Assembly (NCBI GenBank): GCA_023213395.1
Contig: CM041465.1
Coordinates: 76,577,741 to 76,641,740, forward strand
DNA: 64,000 bases
From: Cycas panzhihuaensis
Taxonomy: Eukaryota; Plantae; Cycadophyta
Direction: 5' to 3'
The notes beneath the pieces are model-generated. The model searched no databases. It was not told the DNA's origin and was given only the letters and a program-made list of their open reading frames with translations. Made by a program: the position numbers and the translations under genes. This document shows, in pieces, positions 57,600 through 64,000 of this stretch. The first letter of the stretch is position 1, and each line of letters starts with the position of its first letter.

Positions 57600-60500
57600 T
57601 ATTGGGATAATGCCTAACTAGCAAGTACACATGAGTACCTTGAGCCTCTCAATGCCACCTTGAGCCTCCTTGGGTCACCTCAAGCTACCTAACATCATCA
57701 AATAGATACTTGTAACTGATAAAGAGCTGTCACAACCACCTTAGGTAAGATATTCAATTATTTGTATATTATTTTAATATTTTTTAAATTTTAAATATTG
57801 GTTGGGTTGAGGTGCTTATTGTCTCCCTAAATTTGTCTATATATAGGTGGGGAATACCTCCCTGGTGTTTTCTAACACTACCATTTACATTTTAGAGATT
57901 ATTTGCACTTCAAAGATGATGTATACTCACTTGTAATCCTCCCACTCTACACCTCAAAGCTAATATTTGATATCAAAGTGAATTTAGTTGGGGTTTGAAA
58001 GAGTCAAAATGGTTTTATAGCATTATTTTTGGCATGTGCATGTCATTTTGATTTATTGAATCATATTAAATCATTAATGTTATAAAACTTTAGAATATTA
58101 TATAAATTTATTTATATATATATATTTTTTTCTATTTTGGAACCAAACATAGTCGATTTAGAACTCGTGATTGTAGCTTGCATGTTGATCATAATAGTAT
58201 CATATAACTACTCATTCTAATCATGATCGAATTCTCTAGCCACCAGAAAAAACTGCATGTGATTTCATTGCTTCTACTGGGAGAAATCTCTCTGAGAGCT
58301 GCTGCCTACCATTTGTGGTGCATTTCACTCTGGTGCTTTGTTTTGAGACTACAGGCAACTGTTTGGTATGAAATTTCACCAGTGCCTTGCTATCTAGGAT
58401 ACCTAGCTACCTTTGAAATTTGGTGAGAAACGGTACCTCCTATAGGGATTTTGAGTCACATGTGCCTCCTCATCCTCATGCATTCTCATTACACCAATTT
58501 TACATAAAAATTATATACATTTATCTCAGTTTTTTGATCAATTTTTGATTTGAATCACTTATGTTATAGTGGCACTCCTCTCACTATCATTAATTAATCC
58601 ATTTAAGTGATCTTTCATTGTTGTTTCACCTCACTATGATCGTTGTTCCTTTACATGCTTACTATCTATTTTCCTTCATTGTCTTTTTACATATAAAACA
58701 TATGTATTAATCTCATTCTTTGATCGATTTGTGTGGAGGATTGAGGCACCCCCTCTCCCTATGAAAAATCAAAGTGTTTCAATCAATGTTTGATTATTTT
58801 TCTCCCTGAATTACATCTCTGTTCCATCGTCATTCAATGACATTTAAAATTAATAAAGATTAAATATTTTATTTGTTATAAAGTTGATTAAATTTAACTT
58901 TATTTAATATCAATTAAAGTATGTCAATTTTAAAGGAGTTAGCCCCTTTAGTTTAGTCCCCTGTCTCCTCAAAGCCACGTGACCATACTATTTTGCCTTA
59001 TTAAGGGGTGAACGGCAAAATTTATAAGTTATTATTTATTTCTTTTGATTTTAAGGATATTAATTATATTGTATAAATCATGGGTTCCACAGCCCCTGCT
59101 TGGGACTAAGTTGATGGCTTTATTAATTTCCATGCCACCATGCTTCTTGTACTTAAAGGGTCTTATTCAAATTTTCTTTAAAAAATTTCATTTTATTAAC
59201 ACTTAAAGAGGACCTTTCTCTTTTTTTAGTGTAACTTTCTCTTAGAGTATCAAATTTCAGTGAAACCAACCTTGTTGGAACTATATTTCAAAGATCTTTA
59301 GGATGATATCATCTCTTAACTAATTTGGCTTTATTTCAGCTATGTTTGAATCAATTAAAGTCAACACTTTTTTTTAGTCCTTATTTAACTAGCCTTAAAG
59401 AGGTATGTTCATAGTTTTCATAATAACTTGATCATTTTAGTTTCGATTTCAAAACTGTAAGAACCATCAAAAACATATCTCAGATCTCTTTGTGATGGAA
59501 TCAGTCTCATCTTGTTTTGACATCATTTTATAGGACTTTAAATCTACTCAAGTTAAGGCTCTAGTTTAGCTATAAACAAGCTCATTTTGTAATATTTTTG
59601 AGATTTTTTTCATTCAAATTAATTCTACTTGAGTATAATCTACTACTAATCTATTTCTTAGAGTTATTTGTTGATTTTTTGTAAGGAATAAGAAGTCTAA
59701 GTAGAGCAATACATTAAACAAGTACTATCTACCTTTATTTTTATTTTATTTTTTACATTATCATTTAAATATAGACTATTTCTTGGGACTTCTAATTATT
59801 TCAAGTATAGTTTCTTCTTAAAATTGCAAGATTCACCTAGTTGTTTCTGTCCTTATAAAGGAACTATTTGGCACTCAATTTACAATATTATTATCTTACA
59901 ATATTAAGTGGCATATTATTCAACGAGTTACTTTATTGTTTATCAAAAGCTTTATTCTTTCTTCAGCTTGAAATTTACAAAAGTATAGTTACGAGGTCTA
60001 TTGATCAATTTTGTTTCAAAGTTCATTCATACATTCCAAAATATTGAGGATTTTATTATTTAAGTATATCACTTTAGATAAGTGCATACATTTTCTTACT
60101 TATACAAGAGTATCTTAATTCAAGAATATTAGATTGCATACTAGAATTTATTTTTTGGTTCACTAAAAGAAGAAATGTATCTTGATTCTTTTACTTGTAC
60201 TCATTGTGACTTTATAAAGTTTTGTATTATACTTTTATTTGAGATATATTTTTTGTATTGATTAAAGACATATTTTGTTTCATTTCATATCTTGAATAAA
60301 AGGAATCCTAGAGAGATTAAACAAGACCACATTAAATTAAAATTTACTTTTAGATTAAGAAAGAGAATTTTTTGAATTAACCACATCATTTTTAGCCTTA
60401 TAAGGGGAATGGTTAGGACCCCTGAAGTTATCAAAGAGATGGTATAAAACTTTGGAAATATGATAATCCCCAAGTTTGGTAGTAATAATTTTCTAAATTG

Positions 60501-63500
60501 GAGTAGGAGGATGAGACCCATCCTCATTTCTAATGATATGTAGGAGATTGTGAGAATAGGTTATAGTGAATTAGGTTAGAATGCCACTGACGTTGAAAAT
60601 GTAACTTATAAAGAAAATGTTAAAAAGGACAATGAAGCTCTTACCCTTATCTTTTGTACATTAGAAGATCATATTTTCCCATGGGTTAGTGAGTCAACAA
60701 AGTCAAAAAAAGCATGGGATACTCTATAGTTAATTTATGAAGGAGCTACATCATCTAAGCCTAAAAACCTAAGAAGAAAATTTGAAAACTTATGAATGAT
60801 ACCAATAGAATCTATGACAGAATTTATGATTAAGGTCTAAGACATAGTAAACTAGATGAGATCACTTAGAGATACATTAACAGAGTAAATAGTAGTAGAA
60901 AGAATATTGAGATGTGTAGGTTCCATAAGAAGGTTTGAAAAGGTAGCGACAAGCATAGGGGTTTCTAAAGATCTAAGCACTCTTAAGGTGGAATAACTAA
61001 TTACCATATTGATATCAGTTGAAGAACAACAAAATGTAAACAAATCCCTTGATCATGCCTTTACTACCAATTCCAGAATTCAATCTCATTCTCAAGTAGG
61101 TACATTAAAATCTAGAGAATCACCTCCCAAGAGAAGGGATAGAAATCCTAGAAGAGATTTACGTCAAGATCCACCTAAATATCAAGCTCTTGATCAAAGG
61201 AGACAAGGAGTAAACCAATGAAATATCAATCCTCCTAGGTATCAAAATCATGAGAAAAAACCTAAGGCACATTCATGTTTCCCCAATTACCAAGGACATG
61301 TTCAAGATACAAGGTTAAATTATGATTATTATGATAATAGACAAAGAGAAAATCTAGTTCCCCATTATCTAAAAAAGGGAAGACCATCCCACATTGAAAG
61401 AACTCATCCACAAAGTCAAAGTTTAAGCTGTGGGAGAAGAGAGACCCTATACTGCTTCTATTATCATTGTAGCGGTCACACGGAAGACAAATATTTTTCA
61501 AAACATAGACCACCTACCAAAGGTACTGTAAATACCACAATTTAGACAAGGGATAATAATAGACTTTTCCTATCTAATTTTAATGCCAAAGAAGAAGAAG
61601 ATGATAACGAGTACATTGATTTGGGTTGTTCTACATACATGATTCATAAGGAGCATTTAATCTATACCTTAGATAAAAGTAAAAGAGGTTCAATAATATT
61701 TAAAGATGATACATCCCATGAATTAGTTGGTAGAGGCAACATAACTCTCATGATAGATGTAAGAGAGTATAGACACCTTGATGATGTATTATATATTCCT
61801 ACCTTAAAGAAAAATCTACTATTAGTAGGGTAGATGATAGGTCAGGATTATAAGGTCATCTTTGGTAATGGAGAATGTATAATTAAAGATAAGAAGAGAA
61901 ATAAGGCAATTATTACAAAAGGAAAAATGATAAAAGATAGGCTTTTCAAACTTGTCCTTACTTCATCGAAGACCTATACCTTAAGAACTACAGCTAAATT
62001 GGATAGTGACTTATAGCATAGGAGATTTGGACACCTCAACTATAGTAGTTTAGACCTAATGAAAATAATGGATATGGTTAATGGGTTGCGTAACATTAAA
62101 GTGGATAAAATCATATGTGAGGGATGCTTACTTGGTAAACAACATAGGGAAAGCTTTCCTGATTTTAGCTATTGGGCAACTGGTTTACCTCAGCTAGTCT
62201 ATATAGATATCTATGGCCCTATGGATATCCCCTCATTAATAGGTGCACATTATTTCATTACATTCATTGATAACTACACTAGGAAGATGTGGGTACAAAC
62301 TGGTGTAATAAAGTAGGCACAAACTTCTCTCTCTAAGATCTAATAATGGGAGAGAATTCATCTTCAACAAATTTAAGGTATACTATGTGCATCATGGGAT
62401 CAAAAGGTAACTCACCAATCCCTACACCCTATAATAAAATGGTGTATCCAAAAGGAAAATTTGCACTGTTATAGAAATGGCAAGGTGCATGTTGAAGGAT
62501 AAAAACTTGGGCCATGAGTTTTAGGAAAAAGTAGTCCATACATTCATTTACCTCCTCAAGTGGTGCTCCACCAAAGCCTTAAGGTGGAAGACACCTAAAG
62601 AAGTTGGATTGGCTATAAGCCAAACATATATTATTTATGAGTTTTTGGGTTCCTAGCCTATACAAATATTCCTAACCAAAGAAGATCTAAATTAGATGAG
62701 CATATTATTAAGTGTATATTTCTTGGCTATAATGAAATTTCAAAATCATATAAAGTCTATAATCCAAAGTCAAAAAGGGTCATGGTGAGTAGAGATGTAA
62801 AGTTTTTAAGAAGAAGTTTGTTATCACGATAATTAAGAAAAGAGGAAAGAAGTAATAATCAATTTTGATAAGTCCACCAAGTCAAAATATGTGCTTCCTA
62901 TGTTTTACTCTAGATGAGTCATCAATGAACCAAGTAGGGAGGGAACCTCTTCAGAACCTCCACCACAAAGTCTATCGAAATGGGTTTAAAGGAATCATGA
63001 TATAGGCAACATTTTGGATAATAATCAAAGGTCCACTCGCTTACATAGGGTAAACTTTTCCCTCATGAGCAAAGTTTTGGAGTCCCATAAGCCTCAAACC
63101 TTTGATGAGACCAATACACATACTTCTTGGAGAAAGGTAATGGAAGATGAATATCACTCCATTATTAAAAATGATACTTGGGAATTGGTTAACTTACCTC
63201 CCAATAAAAGAGCAATTAACACTAAGTGGATCTATAAAACCAAGTTCTGATCTGATAGATCAATTGATAAATATAAAGCTAGATTGGTCACCAAAGGTTA
63301 TGCCTAAAAAGAAGGCATTGATTACAATGAGATATTTGCCCTGATTACTCGAATGGAAACTATTTATATGATGATGAGTTTAGCAATTCAAATGGGATGG
63401 AAAGTTTATCAAATAGACATAAAAAGTACTTTCCTCAATGGCTACATTGAAGAGGATATCTATGTCTCTCAACCCCTTAGTTTTGAAGTCAAGGAGGAAG

Positions 63501-64000
63501 AAAACAAAGTGTACAAACTCAAAAAGGTACTTTATAATTTGAAATAAGTACTTAAGGCATGGTATTCCCAAATTAACAAATATTTTAGAGATCAAGGATT
63601 TGAGTGGTCTTAATTAGACCCAAATCTCTACATCAAAATTAAGGGAGATGCTATCTTAATTATAGGACTCTATGTAAATGACCTTGTCTACACTAGAAAT
63701 GACTCTCATCTTTTATGATACTTTAAGGAAGCCATGCATAAGGAATTTGGAATGATATATTTAGGATTAATGCATTACTTCCTAAGTTTAGAGGTATGGC
63801 AGGATAAGAATAGAATCTTCATCTCCCAAAGAAAATATACCTTAGATCTACTACAAAAGTTTAGGATGATCGACTACAAATTATTAACAACTCTAGCAGA
63901 AATAAGAATTAAGCTTTTTAAATCAGATGGCTTTACACTTATTAATCCTGCACTCCATAGATAGTAAATTAGAAATTTGATCTACTTAACATCCACTCGA
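57600..64000 (+). mobile_element. Ty1/Copia family X copy 3, older, truncated by the window end
   Basis: LTR 57600-57965 aligns with the reverse complement of 27680-28014 (gggaatacctccctggtgttt); PBS tgatatcaaag at 57968; gag-pol collinear with copy 2. Confidence 0.93.
60450..64000 (+). pseudogene. Copia gag-pol of copy 3, many stops and frameshifts
   Basis: FGNMIIPKFGSNNFLNWSRRMRP, CEGCLLGKQHRESF, FIDNYTRKMW, KNDTWELVNLP. Confidence 0.93.

Noticed and set aside
60395-60460. Loss of the GC-rich island in copy 3 as intron removal
   Set aside because: The junction does not match GT-AG boundaries in copy 2; microhomology (aactttggaaa/agttttgggaa) deletion fits better.

Overview
AT-rich plant heterochromatin with no intact host gene; almost the whole window is nested, C-to-T-decayed LTR retrotransposons. 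Left block: a minus-strand non-chromovirus Ty3/Gypsy (5776-~15898). Its RNase H carries a Copia ('family X' copy 1, 269-5775) whose long 5' leader holds a 1.6-kb TA microsatellite and an intronless LPAT2 fragment. Its gag carries a non-autonomous gag-only element (9077-13519). Central block, four layers deep: a chromovirus (17132-55929) contains family X copy 2 (19355-28014) and a Tat-type element with aRH between protease and RT (~29229-53599). The Tat element contains a non-coding LTR element (31389-34515) and Copia A (40857-51031), which contains Copia B (44138-49291). Family X copy 3 runs from 57600 off the window end. Most notable: (i) a 52-bp three-box motif with invariant spacing in the non-coding regions of several different elements, (ii) host-gene cargo in a variable leader slot of family X, (iii) a ~2.6-kb terminal duplication of the Tat element containing a decayed ORF, plus a duplicated U5-PBS. 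The domain order suggests a non-angiosperm (gymnosperm, lycophyte or fern-like) host; this is inference only. All alignments and counts were done by eye.
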